A DNA stretch of 20,000 nucleotides, taken from Desulfobacterales bacterium. GTDB lineage: Bacteria > Desulfobacterota > Desulfobacteria > Desulfobacterales > UBA2245. Made by a program: the position numbers and the translations under genes. The DNA is taken from assembly GCA_040771865.1 (NCBI GenBank), contig JAXGZF010000004.1:461905-481904 (forward strand), written 5' to 3'. The notes beneath the pieces are model-generated. The model did no database searches and was not told where the DNA came from. It saw nothing but the letters and a program-made list of their open reading frames with translations. The first letter of the stretch is position 1. Each line of letters starts with the position of its first letter. Shown here in pieces: positions 7,658 to 15,926 of this stretch.

Positions 7658-9763
7658 GTGATTGAAGCGATACTTTTTATGGTGGGATTAGGTGGCGTCT
7701 GCGGCGTCGTTCTGGCCGCAGCGTCCAAAGTCTTCTATGTTTACGAAGATCCCAGAATTGCTCAGGTTGAAAACTGCATGGCGGGCGCTAACTGCGGCGG
7801 ATGCGGCTATGCCGGCTGCTCGGCGGCCGCGGTGGCCGTCGTCACCGGTGCGGCAGCGGCCAACGTCTGCATCGTCGGCGGCGTGGAATCCGCGACCAAG
7901 GTTGCGGCGGTCATGGGATTGGAAGTCGGCGGCGCGGAAGTTATCCGCTCCTATAATTACTGCCGTGGCGGAGACCGTGCGGACAATCGTTTTGAATATA
8001 TGGGCGTTGCCAGCTGCCAGGCTCTGGCTGCTCTTTACGGCGGGCAGCGAGAATGTCATGTGGGCTGCCTGGGTCTGGGCGACTGCGTCAAGGCCTGCAC
8101 TTTCGGCGCGCTTGAGATCGGACCGGATGGTTTTCCGGTGGTGATCGCGGAAAAATGCGTGGGCTGCGGCGCCTGCGAACGGGCTTGCCCCAAGAGCATC
8201 ATGAAGGTTCGGACCATGTCTCAGCGGCTGCTGGAATTCAATGAGGACGACGGCCGGCTGGCGCCCTGCGCGCAGACATGTCCCGCCCAGATCAATATTC
8301 CGAAGTACATCGACCAGATCCGGAACGGAGATTACGAGGGCGCGGTCGAGACGCTTCGCGAGAGAAACCCCCTGATCCTTTCCTGCGGCCGGGTCTGTCC
8401 CCATCCCTGCGAGACCTACTGCCGCCGCAGTGTCGAGGATGAGGCCGTTTCCATCAACCAGCTCAAGCGGTTTGTGGCCGACTACGAGCTGAACTCCGGC
8501 CGAAGATTCCCTGTTTCCTGCGCTCCGGACACCGGAAAGAAGGTCGCCGTCATCGGCGGCGGTCCGGCCGGTTTGAGCTGCGCGTTCTTCCTCCGCCGTC
8601 TCGGGCACAGCGTGACGATCTTCGATATGATGCCGGAGCTCGGCGGCATGATCCGGTACGGCATCCCCGAATACCGTCTGCCCAAGAAGGTTCTGAAGTG
8701 GGAATGCGACGGGTTCCTCAAGATGGGCATCGAGGCCAAGATGAACGTGCGGCTGGGGAAGGATTACGATCTGACCTCCCTGGTGGCGGCCGGCTACGAT
8801 GCGATCTTCCTGGGAATCGGCGCCTGGAGGGACTACGATCTGGGCGTTGAAGGCGAAAACCTGGGCAATGTGTATACCGGCATCAGCTTCCTGACCCGGT
8901 TCGCCCTGGATCAGCAGACCAACGAAGACAAACATACGGATATTCCGATCGGCAAGCAGTGCGTGGTGGTCGGCGGCGGCAACACGGCCATCGACTGCGT
9001 CAGAACGCTCAAGCGGCTGGGCGCCGACCAGGTGACCCTGCTCTATCGCCGGACCCGCGCTGAAATGCCCGCCAACATGGTGGAAATCGAGGCGGCCGAG
9101 CACGAGCACATCAAGTTCCACTTCCTGGCGGCTCCCACCAGGGTGATCGGCGATGAAAGCGGAAACGTCAAGGCCATCGAATTCATCAAGATGGAGCTCG
9201 GCGAACCCGATGCTTCCGGACGAAGAAGACCGGTTCCGATCAAGGGTTCTGAAACCGTTCTGGAATGCGACATGCTGGTTTCGGCCATCGGCCAGGGCCC
9301 GGATGTTTCCTTTGCTCAGCAGGAACCCGGCAAGCGCATGGCGGAGCTCCAGATCACCAAGTGGAAGACCATCGACGCCGTGCATCCGGAAACGCTGCAG
9401 ACCAACATTCCTTATGTGTTTGCAGCAGGCGACGCCCAGACCGGCGCTTCCCTGGTGGTTGAGGCCATCGGCGGCGGCCGAAGGGCCGCGCGTTCCATTC
9501 ATCTGTATCTGAACGGCCAGAAGGTGACGCCGCCCCCGAACTCTCTGTTCAAGCGGCATATCGACGGCTCGATCATGGACAAGGTGCCGGGCATCATCAC
9601 AACGCCGCGCGTCAAGATGCCCGAGTTGGAAGTCGAAGAGAGGATCAAGACCTTTGATGAAACGGACCTCTGCATTACCGAGGAAGAGGCCACTCGTGAA
9701 TCCCATCGGTGCCTGAACTGCTGCCAGTTCTGCTACAATCCGGATAAAACCGAGGCAGCCTGA
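7658..9763 (+). CDS. rnfB: RnfB fused to a GltD/NfnB(SudA)-like FAD/NAD(P)H oxidoreductase
   Basis: About aa 1-185 are RnfB (TM helix, GANCGGCGYAGC, GCLGLGDCVKAC, CVGCGACERACP). The rest is GltD-like (APCAQTCP, CGRVCPHPCE, GGGPAG, GGMIRYGIPEYRLP, GGGNTA, YRRT, C-terminal RCLNC). GTG start after AAGGAGG. Confidence 0.93.
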   Translation: MIEAILFMVGLGGVCGVVLAAASKVFYVYEDPRIAQVENCMAGANCGGCGYAGCSAAAVAVVTGAAAANVCIVGGVESATKVAAVMGLEVGGAEVIRSYNYCRGGDRADNRFEYMGVASCQALAALYGGQRECHVGCLGLGDCVKACTFGALEIGPDGFPVVIAEKCVGCGACERACPKSIMKVRTMSQRLLEFNEDDGRLAPCAQTCPAQINIPKYIDQIRNGDYEGAVETLRERNPLILSCGRVCPHPCETYCRRSVEDEAVSINQLKRFVADYELNSGRRFPVSCAPDTGKKVAVIGGGPAGLSCAFFLRRLGHSVTIFDMMPELGGMIRYGIPEYRLPKKVLKWECDGFLKMGIEAKMNVRLGKDYDLTSLVAAGYDAIFLGIGAWRDYDLGVEGENLGNVYTGISFLTRFALDQQTNEDKHTDIPIGKQCVVVGGGNTAIDCVRTLKRLGADQVTLLYRRTRAEMPANMVEIEAAEHEHIKFHFLAAPTRVIGDESGNVKAIEFIKMELGEPDASGRRRPVPIKGSETVLECDMLVSAIGQGPDVSFAQQEPGKRMAELQITKWKTIDAVHPETLQTNIPYVFAAGDAQTGASLVVEAIGGGRRAARSIHLYLNGQKVTPPPNSLFKRHIDGSIMDKVPGIITTPRVKMPELEVEERIKTFDETDLCITEEEATRESHRCLNCCQFCYNPDKTEAA

Positions 9764-9788
9764 CGCCTTCAGGATATAAATAAGGTAT

Positions 9789-9819
9789 AAAAGCGGCCCT
9801 CAATGAGGGCCGCTTTTTT
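9789..9819 (+). terminator. Intrinsic terminator of the rnf operon
   Basis: AAAAGCGGCCCT-CAATG-AGGGCCGCTTTTTT directly after the rnfB stop. Confidence 0.9.
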
Positions 9820-9832
9820 CTTTGCGGAATTC

Positions 9833-9872
9833 AAAAAAAGAAAGGCGCGCCGTTTAAACCGGCGCGCCTTTT
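9833..9872 (-). terminator. Intrinsic terminator of the cold-shock gene
   Basis: AAAGGCGCGCCG-TTTAAAC-CGGCGCGCCTTT stem with an A-run on the left side (U-tract on the minus strand), 19 nt beyond the csp stop. Confidence 0.88.
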
Positions 9873-9890
9873 ATTTTAGCAAAGATAAGA

Positions 9891-10091
9891 TCAGACAACC
9901 GTAACGTTGATTGCCGCAGGGCCTTTCTGCCCTTCGGACACATCGAACGTAACACGGTCGCCTTCTTTTAGCGACTTGAATCCTTTTGCGTTGATGCCGG
10001 AATGATGAACAAAAACATCCGGTCCGTTTTCCTGTTCGATAAACCCGTACCCCTTTTGGTCGTTGAACCATTTCACGATGCCGTTTGCCAT
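9891..10091 (-). CDS. cspA: Cold-shock protein (CspA family)
   Basis: [15 protein letters not shown] (RNP1) and DVFVHHS (RNP2), 66 aa, RBS AGGAGAGG. The paralog name is uncertain. Confidence 0.97.
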   Translation of the reverse strand: MANGIVKWFNDQKGYGFIEQENGPDVFVHHSGINAKGFKSLKEGDRVTFDVSEGQKGPAAINVTVV

Positions 10092-10396
10092 AGTGACGCA
10101 CCTCTCCTTTCCTGATTAAAAACAGGGTTTCGACCGGGGGTCAGCGCCGTGGCGCAGCGCTCTTCCCTCGGCAAAAACCGTCCGCCGTTAACGGCAGAAT
10201 AACTAATTTTATTTCACTAAACTGTTTTGCGCATAAAATCAATATAAATGACCATTAAAAAAATATTTTTTGCGTATCATTTGCCTCGAAATTACTTTTC
10301 TTGTTTATGAAATTCATGTAGGTTGCGGCCCAGACGGATTTGATTTTCGAACGCAGGACGACCGGTTTTATTTTAATGCCAGAGAAAGGACGACAC

Positions 10397-11971
10397 ATGC
10401 AGGTTCCGATGACGCCGATTCGCATACTGAAACGTGCGGTAAAGCTTTATTCTGAAAAAACCGCCGTGGTCGACGGCGGAATTCGTTTGACATACAGACA
10501 GGTAGCAAAGCGGGTCAACCAGGTGACCAATGCGATTTACAATCTGGGCATTCCACCGGGCGGAAGGCTCGCCATGCTGGATTACAACTCACACCGCTAC
10601 ATGGAGATGTACTTCGGCGCCGCCCAGTCCGGCCGCGTGCTGCTTCCGCTGAACACCCAGCTATCCGCGGACGAGTACGTTTATATTCTCGACGACGCCG
10701 AAGCCGAGGCCGTCGTTTTCCATGCGGATTTCAAGCCGGTCATGGACCAGGTGAGGACCCGGACCAGAACGGTGAAATATTTCTTCATCGCCGAGGGCGA
10801 GGCGGACACTTCCTGGATGGCTGGCACGTACGAAAACCTTCTCGCCGCTCAGAGCGCCGATGCGATCATCACCGAGCCGGACGATGAAAACGACATGCTC
10901 AACCTGTACTATACGAGCGGCACGACGGGACGTCCCAAGGGGGTGATGCTGACCCACCGGAATGTCTACGCCAACGCGCTTTCCACGATTATCTCGTTCA
11001 AATTCGAGGATTCCACTGTCTGGCATCACATCGCCCCGCTGTTTCATCTGGCCGATGCGTTTTTCATCTGGTCGGTCACCTATCAGGGGGGCCGGCACAT
11101 CATGAACCGGCAGTTCAGGCCCAAGGCCGTGCTTCAGAAAATGCAGGATGAGCGGGTGACCTGCGCCATGATGGTGCCCACCATGATCAACTGCCTGCTC
11201 GATACGCCCGGCATAGAGCAGTTCGATCTTTCGAGCCTCAAGTTTGTCATGGTCGGCGGCGCGCCGATGTCTCCGGCCAATGCCCGGCGGATGATGGAGA
11301 AACTCGGGTGCCAGTACATCTCCGGATACGGCCTGACCGAGACCTGTCCCCTGCTGACGGTCGGCAATCTCAAGGACACCCTGAGCGATCTGCCCCTTGA
11401 GGACCGGCTCGGGCATATCACTCGAACGGGCCTCGAGGTGGTCGGCGTGGATCTGCGGGTGGTGGACAAACACGGTCAGGATGTGCCCCGGGACGGCAAA
11501 ACCGTCGGCGAGATCATCGTCCGTGGAGACAACGTGATGAAAGGCTACTGGAAGCTTCCGGCCGAAACCGCCGAGGCCTTTAAAGACGGGTATTTTTATA
11601 CCGGGGACCTGGCCAATGTCGATTCAGAGGGCTATATTTTCATCGTGGACCGGTCCAAGGACATCATCATTCGAAGCGGGGAGAACATCGCTTCGGTGGA
11701 GATCGAAAACTTTCTCTACACCCATTCCCAGGTTCTGGAGTGCGCCGTGATCGCGGTTCCGGACAGGCGCTGGGGAGAGGTGCCCCGAGCCCTGGTCGTA
11801 CGGAAGCAGGGCGCCGAACTCACCGAGAGGGACCTGATCCGCTACTGCCGCGAAGGACTGGCCCGATTCAAGGTTCCGAAATACATCACGTTCCTCGACG
11901 CTCTGCCCAAGACCGGGTCGGGAAAGATCGTCAAGGCACGGCTTCGAGAAATATACGCCACGGAAGAGTAA
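10397..11971 (+). CDS. Fatty-acid/acyl-CoA ligase (AMP-binding, ANL superfamily)
   Basis: YTSGTTGRPKG AMP loop, GYGLTE, TGD, DRSKDIII, LPKTGSGKI. ATG 10397 preferred because it follows GAAAGGA. Confidence 0.95.
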   Translation: MQVPMTPIRILKRAVKLYSEKTAVVDGGIRLTYRQVAKRVNQVTNAIYNLGIPPGGRLAMLDYNSHRYMEMYFGAAQSGRVLLPLNTQLSADEYVYILDDAEAEAVVFHADFKPVMDQVRTRTRTVKYFFIAEGEADTSWMAGTYENLLAAQSADAIITEPDDENDMLNLYYTSGTTGRPKGVMLTHRNVYANALSTIISFKFEDSTVWHHIAPLFHLADAFFIWSVTYQGGRHIMNRQFRPKAVLQKMQDERVTCAMMVPTMINCLLDTPGIEQFDLSSLKFVMVGGAPMSPANARRMMEKLGCQYISGYGLTETCPLLTVGNLKDTLSDLPLEDRLGHITRTGLEVVGVDLRVVDKHGQDVPRDGKTVGEIIVRGDNVMKGYWKLPAETAEAFKDGYFYTGDLANVDSEGYIFIVDRSKDIIIRSGENIASVEIENFLYTHSQVLECAVIAVPDRRWGEVPRALVVRKQGAELTERDLIRYCREGLARFKVPKYITFLDALPKTGSGKIVKARLREIYATEE

Positions 11972-12036
11972 GACCGGAAAATTTTGTTCCGGCTGAGGGT
12001 TCGCGAGACCCGTCGGTCTGAAGAGGATTCGGTTCT

Positions 12037-13365
12037 ATGCAGCGTGCGCATTCCGGCATGAAGGGGTTTGCGGTCGTCTGGACCGGCCAGTTCATATCGC
12101 TTCTGGGCACCGCGATGACCACCTTCGCCCTCACGCTCTGGGCCTATGAAACCACCGGGAAAGCCACGCCCCTGGCCCTGATCGGCTTTTTCTTCCTTCT
12201 GCCCATGGTTGTGTTCGGACCGTTTATCGGCGTCGTAGTGGACCGAAGCAACCGGAAGCTGATGCTGATGGTCAGCGATCTGGCGGCGGCGGCGATCACC
12301 CTGATGGTTCTGGCGCTGCATGCGGCGGGCCGCCTCGAGATGTGGCACCTGTATCTCACCTCCTTTCTGGCCGGCGCATTTCAGGGGTTCCAGTGGCCCG
12401 CCTGTTCGGTGGTCGTCACCCTGATGCTGCCCAAGGATCAGTACGCCCGGGCCAGCGGCATGCTGGAAATGGGGAGCAACGCATCCTATGTATTCGGACC
12501 CCTTGCCGCCGGCGCCCTGATCGGCCCCCTGGGGCTGGAAGGCATACTGGTCATCGACCTGTTGACCGCGATTCTGGCTGTCGCGGCCCTGATGTTCGTT
12601 CGCATTCCCCAGCCGGTCTTTCCGGACAGCTCCCCGGATCCGGAAGAAAAATGGGTTCAGCAGATTTTCTTCGGTTTCAGATACATATTTTCGCGCAAAA
12701 GCCTGCTGGGGCTTCAGACAGTTTTTCTGGGCGCCAATTTTTTCAGCGGGCTGTCCTTTGCGGTGATGGCGCCCATGATTCTGGCCCGAACCGGAAACGA
12801 CGAACTGGTCTATGGAACCGTGCTTTCCACCGGCGCCGTCGGCGGCGTGATCGGCGGGCTGGCGATGGGCCTCTGGGGCGGTTCGCGGCGGCGGATTCAC
12901 GGCGTGCTGCTGGGATGGTTCTGCTCGGGCATTCTGGGCGACCTGGTGCTCGGAATCGGCCGAAGCGCGCCGGTCTGGATGGCCGGCGCCTTTCTGGGCG
13001 TTTTCTTCAGCCCGATGAGCTACGGCTGCAACCAGGCGATCTGGCAGGCCAAGGTGCCGCCCCACATTCAGGGCCGGGTGTTCACCGCCCGCCAGTTTAT
13101 CGCCCTGTCCGTGCTGCCCCTGGCCAGCCTGGCGGCCGGCCCCCTGTCGGATCAGGTGCTGGAGCCGGCCATGGCTGCGGGCGGTTTTCTCGAACCGGCG
13201 TTCAAATGGCTGACGGGGTCGGGCCCCGGCGCCGGCATGGCCCTGCTGTTCGTGTTCAGCGGCATTCTGGCGGCACTGACCGGCCTGGCAGGCTATCTGT
13301 TTCCGATGATCCGGCAGGTCGAGGACATTCTGCCGGATCACGACCATTCTCCCGGTTCCGCCTAG
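12037..13365 (+). CDS. MFS transporter (DHA3/MefA-like efflux family)
   Basis: Many hydrophobic helices, WTGQFISLLG, motif A GVVVDRSNRK, C-half QAKVPPHIQGRVF. Confidence 0.92.
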   Translation: MQRAHSGMKGFAVVWTGQFISLLGTAMTTFALTLWAYETTGKATPLALIGFFFLLPMVVFGPFIGVVVDRSNRKLMLMVSDLAAAAITLMVLALHAAGRLEMWHLYLTSFLAGAFQGFQWPACSVVVTLMLPKDQYARASGMLEMGSNASYVFGPLAAGALIGPLGLEGILVIDLLTAILAVAALMFVRIPQPVFPDSSPDPEEKWVQQIFFGFRYIFSRKSLLGLQTVFLGANFFSGLSFAVMAPMILARTGNDELVYGTVLSTGAVGGVIGGLAMGLWGGSRRRIHGVLLGWFCSGILGDLVLGIGRSAPVWMAGAFLGVFFSPMSYGCNQAIWQAKVPPHIQGRVFTARQFIALSVLPLASLAAGPLSDQVLEPAMAAGGFLEPAFKWLTGSGPGAGMALLFVFSGILAALTGLAGYLFPMIRQVEDILPDHDHSPGSA

Positions 13366-13489
13366 GCCATTCACATCCAGCTGTCGAAAACAAAACATTC
13401 ATGGTATTTTGATTTTCAGAAGGGCCGTTCGGCCATTCTGAGGGCCGGTGCCCTCGGGCCGGTTCGAGCAGCGTTCAGGGAGATGCGCC

Positions 13490-13744
13490 ATGGATACGGA
13501 AATTTTCGGAGAATACACGGTCTGGGTCCTGATCACCGTCGCACGGGTCGTACTGATCGTTGTGATCCTCTACTATGTTCTGAGAGGGGTTCTGAACAGA
13601 TGGAAGCAGCGGAATACCCGCCGCCAGCGCCGGACGGCGGTCTGCCCCCACTGCGGCTGGCAGGGAGATGCGGGTATTCATGCCGGCAGGTGCCCCCGGT
13701 GCGACCGTTTCCTTGAGGACCGGAAGATCGACGGAGAAACCTGA
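13490..13744 (+). CDS. Small membrane protein with C-terminal zinc-ribbon (84 aa)
   Basis: RBS GGGAG, a TM segment (WVLITVARVVLIVVILYYVL), basic linker, CPHC...CPRC. Stop overlaps the next ATG (TGATG). Confidence 0.75.
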   Translation: MDTEIFGEYTVWVLITVARVVLIVVILYYVLRGVLNRWKQRNTRRQRRTAVCPHCGWQGDAGIHAGRCPRCDRFLEDRKIDGET

Positions 13745-14781
13745 TGACAATCATCACCTGGACGGGAATCCTGTTTTGCATTTCCCAGGCCGGAATGTTT
13801 TCCGGGCTGAACCTGGCCTTTTTCAGCGTGGGCCGTCTTCGGCTGGAGGTCGAAGCCGCGCGCGGCAGCATCGATGCAAAAAAGGTTCTTACGCTTCGGA
13901 AAGACGCCAATTTTCTGCTGACCACCATTCTCTGGGGAAACGTCAGCGTCAACGTGCTGCTCGCCCTGCTTTCCGGCTCCTTGCTCTCCGGAGTGGCGGC
14001 CTTTCTGTTTTCGACCGTGCTGATCACCCTGCTGGGCGAGATTCTGCCCCAGGCATTTTTTTCGCGTTACGCGGTTCGATGCGCGTCTTTTTTTGCCCCG
14101 GTTCTTCGAATTTATCAGATTCTGCTGTTTCCCGTGGCCAGGCCCACGGCGATGCTTCTGGACCGATGGCTGGGACCGGAGGCGATCTCTTTTTTTCAGG
14201 AAAAGGATTTTCACCATCTGATTCAGGTTCACATCGAGTCCGAGCACTCCGACATCGGAAAGGTGGAGGGCACCGGGGCGATCAATTTTCTGGCCCTGGA
14301 CGACATTCCCGTGATCAGCGAGGGGGAGGCCGTCGATCCGCGAAGCATTCTGACCGTGCCGTTCAAGGACAACATGCCGGTCTTTCCCAGTATGGCGCAC
14401 AGCCCGAAGGATCCCTTTCTCAAAAAAATACAGGCCTCCCGAATGAAGTGGGTGATTCTGGTCAACGCCGCCGGAGTGCCCTGCGCGGTGCTCAACGCGG
14501 ACAAGTTCATTCGCGACGCGTTGTTTGAAAAAAAGACCTTCGACCCCTATCATTACTGCCACCGGCCGATCGTGATTCGGGACGAAAAGACCCGCCTGGG
14601 GGAAACGATTCTTCGCCTTCGGGTATACCCCACCCGGGCCGATGACGACGTGGTCGACCAGGACATCATTCTGTACTGGACTGCGGACATGAAGCGCATC
14701 ATCACCGGATCGGACATCCTCGGAAGACTTTTGCGGGGAATCGCCCGGCAGGAAAAGAAAACCTTCACCAGCCTGACATGA
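13744..14781 (+). CDS. DUF21 (CNNM/CorB-type transmembrane domain) protein, putative Mg2+/Co2+ transporter
   Basis: GMFSGLNLAFFS, LLTTILWGNVSVN and GEILPQA motifs. Degenerate CBS-like C-terminus ending IITGSDILGRLL. Confidence 0.88.
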   Translation: MTIITWTGILFCISQAGMFSGLNLAFFSVGRLRLEVEAARGSIDAKKVLTLRKDANFLLTTILWGNVSVNVLLALLSGSLLSGVAAFLFSTVLITLLGEILPQAFFSRYAVRCASFFAPVLRIYQILLFPVARPTAMLLDRWLGPEAISFFQEKDFHHLIQVHIESEHSDIGKVEGTGAINFLALDDIPVISEGEAVDPRSILTVPFKDNMPVFPSMAHSPKDPFLKKIQASRMKWVILVNAAGVPCAVLNADKFIRDALFEKKTFDPYHYCHRPIVIRDEKTRLGETILRLRVYPTRADDDVVDQDIILYWTADMKRIITGSDILGRLLRGIARQEKKTFTSLT

Positions 14782-14800
14782 ACTACGGAGAACCGCAGCG

Positions 14801-14947
14801 ATGAACCCATGGTTTGTTCTGGTTCTGGGCCTGGCCCTGACGGTGATCGGCGCTCTGAGCCCGTTCGGCAGCTTTGGCGGCCTGTTTCTGATCGCCGGGG
14901 CCGTCACGCTGATCAACGCGGCGCGCAGCATATTCCGGCGAAAATAA
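14801..14947 (+). CDS. 48-aa two-helix membrane microprotein (not in ORF track)
   Basis: Own translation MNPWFVLVLGLALTVIGALSPFGSFGGLFLIAGAVTLINAARSIFRRK. GGAG RBS at 14787-14790, GC3-rich codons, basic tail. Confidence 0.7.
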   Translation: MNPWFVLVLGLALTVIGALSPFGSFGGLFLIAGAVTLINAARSIFRRK

Positions 14948-15031
14948 TCCTGTTTTCCCGCCCGCGGAAATGAACCGGACAACACCCGCCCGAGTGCGAG
15001 GCGGAACCTTGAAAATTTTTTCATAAACCGG

Positions 15032-15063
15032 TTGACAGGAAAAGCAATGTATCATAATGATAC
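15032..15063 (+). promoter_or_regulatory. Promoter of the TAC operon with palindromic operator
   Basis: Consensus -35 TTGACA at 15032-15037 and -10-like CATAAT at 15053-15058 (short 15-nt spacer). The -10 lies inside the palindrome GTATCAT-A-ATGATAC (15049-15063). Confidence 0.7.
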
Positions 15064-15076
15064 TTATTGAAACGGA

Positions 15077-15418
15077 ATGAATAAACGAAAACCCCACACC
15101 GATTTGAATGCATTCAAGCAGCTTTTCCGCCGCGGTACGGCGAGAGTTATCACCGCAACGGCGCGGAAAGGGGCTGTCGCCATGGGTTTCATGGATGAGG
15201 AGGATATTCTTTCGGTCGTTAACCGCCTGGGTCCCGAACACTTCTACAAGTCCATGACCATACACGGCAGCCACAAGATCTGGCAGGATGTGTACCGGTA
15301 CCAGGATGACCAGGATAATGCCCTTTACATCAAATTGCAGCTGTCTTCGGACAGCCGGAAAGCCGTTCTGATTCAGATGAAAAAAGACGAGGGAAAAGAT
15401 GAACAGGATAAAGCTTGA
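15077..15418 (+). CDS. mqsR: MqsR-family toxin (RelE-fold mRNA interferase)
   Basis: KPHTDL, ITATARKGA, FYKSMT, KIWQDVY and LYIKLQ motifs typical of MqsR. Confidence 0.92.
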   Translation: MNKRKPHTDLNAFKQLFRRGTARVITATARKGAVAMGFMDEEDILSVVNRLGPEHFYKSMTIHGSHKIWQDVYRYQDDQDNALYIKLQLSSDSRKAVLIQMKKDEGKDEQDKA

Positions 15419-15926
15419 TTGCCCGGTCTGCGGCGCCGGTACGCTGACCCGGCATGTCGGAACCGAAACCTTTGAATACCGTGGGCAGACCCGGACGATT
15501 CCGGATTACGCGACCTGGGTGTGCGATGCATGCGGAGAGTCCGTCGTCGACGCCGGGTCTCTGAAAGCCTCGGGCAGAATATTGAAGGATTTTCAGCGCA
15601 AGGTCGACGGCCTTCTGACCGGTCAGCAGATCAGGGAAATCCGCGCCAGGCTTGGCCTCACCCAGGAGCAGCTGGCCGACATCATCGGCGGCGGACTGAA
15701 AAGCGTGGCCCGCTACGAGTCCGGGCAGGTATGCCAGAGCCGGGGCATGGACAACCTTCTGCGCATTCTGGATGCCTATCCGGAAACGCTCAGGATCATT
15801 CAAAGAAAGGAACGGCCGGTTCAGGAATCGGCCAAGGTCGTTTACATCGAGGATGCGAGAAACAAAAATGCCTATCGATTGGCGGGCAGGACCTTTGAAA
15901 CAGGGGAGGTCGGTTATGGCTTCTAG
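15399..15926 (+). CDS. mqsA: MqsA-family antitoxin with a C-terminal extension (putative ChAD)
   Basis: Zn finger CPVC...CDACGE and XRE HTH (IRARLGLTQEQLADIIGGGLKSVARYESG), followed by about 40 extra residues. Overlaps mqsR by 20 nt. Confidence 0.93.
   Translation: MNRIKLDCPVCGAGTLTRHVGTETFEYRGQTRTIPDYATWVCDACGESVVDAGSLKASGRILKDFQRKVDGLLTGQQIREIRARLGLTQEQLADIIGGGLKSVARYESGQVCQSRGMDNLLRILDAYPETLRIIQRKERPVQESAKVVYIEDARNKNAYRLAGRTFETGEVGYGF

Noticed and set aside
7688..9706. 672-aa minus-strand ORF
   Set aside because: Antisense shadow of the GC3-rich rnfB fusion, with no recognisable motifs.
9761..9800. Selenocysteine read-through at the rnfB TGA followed by a hairpin
   Set aside because: TGA falls after the natural C-terminal RCLNC motif, an in-frame TAA follows within a few codons, and the hairpin is a terminator.
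11842..15024. Long minus-strand ORFs 11842-13398 and 13678-15024, and + strand ORFs 12342-13412 and 13668-14528
   Set aside because: They overlap well-supported MFS and DUF21 genes and have Arg/Gly/Pro-rich off-frame composition.
15772..15915. 48-aa N-terminal extension of the SecB-like ORF in the track
   Set aside because: It lies inside mqsA. The ATG at 15916 has a GGAGG RBS and gives a normal SecB length.
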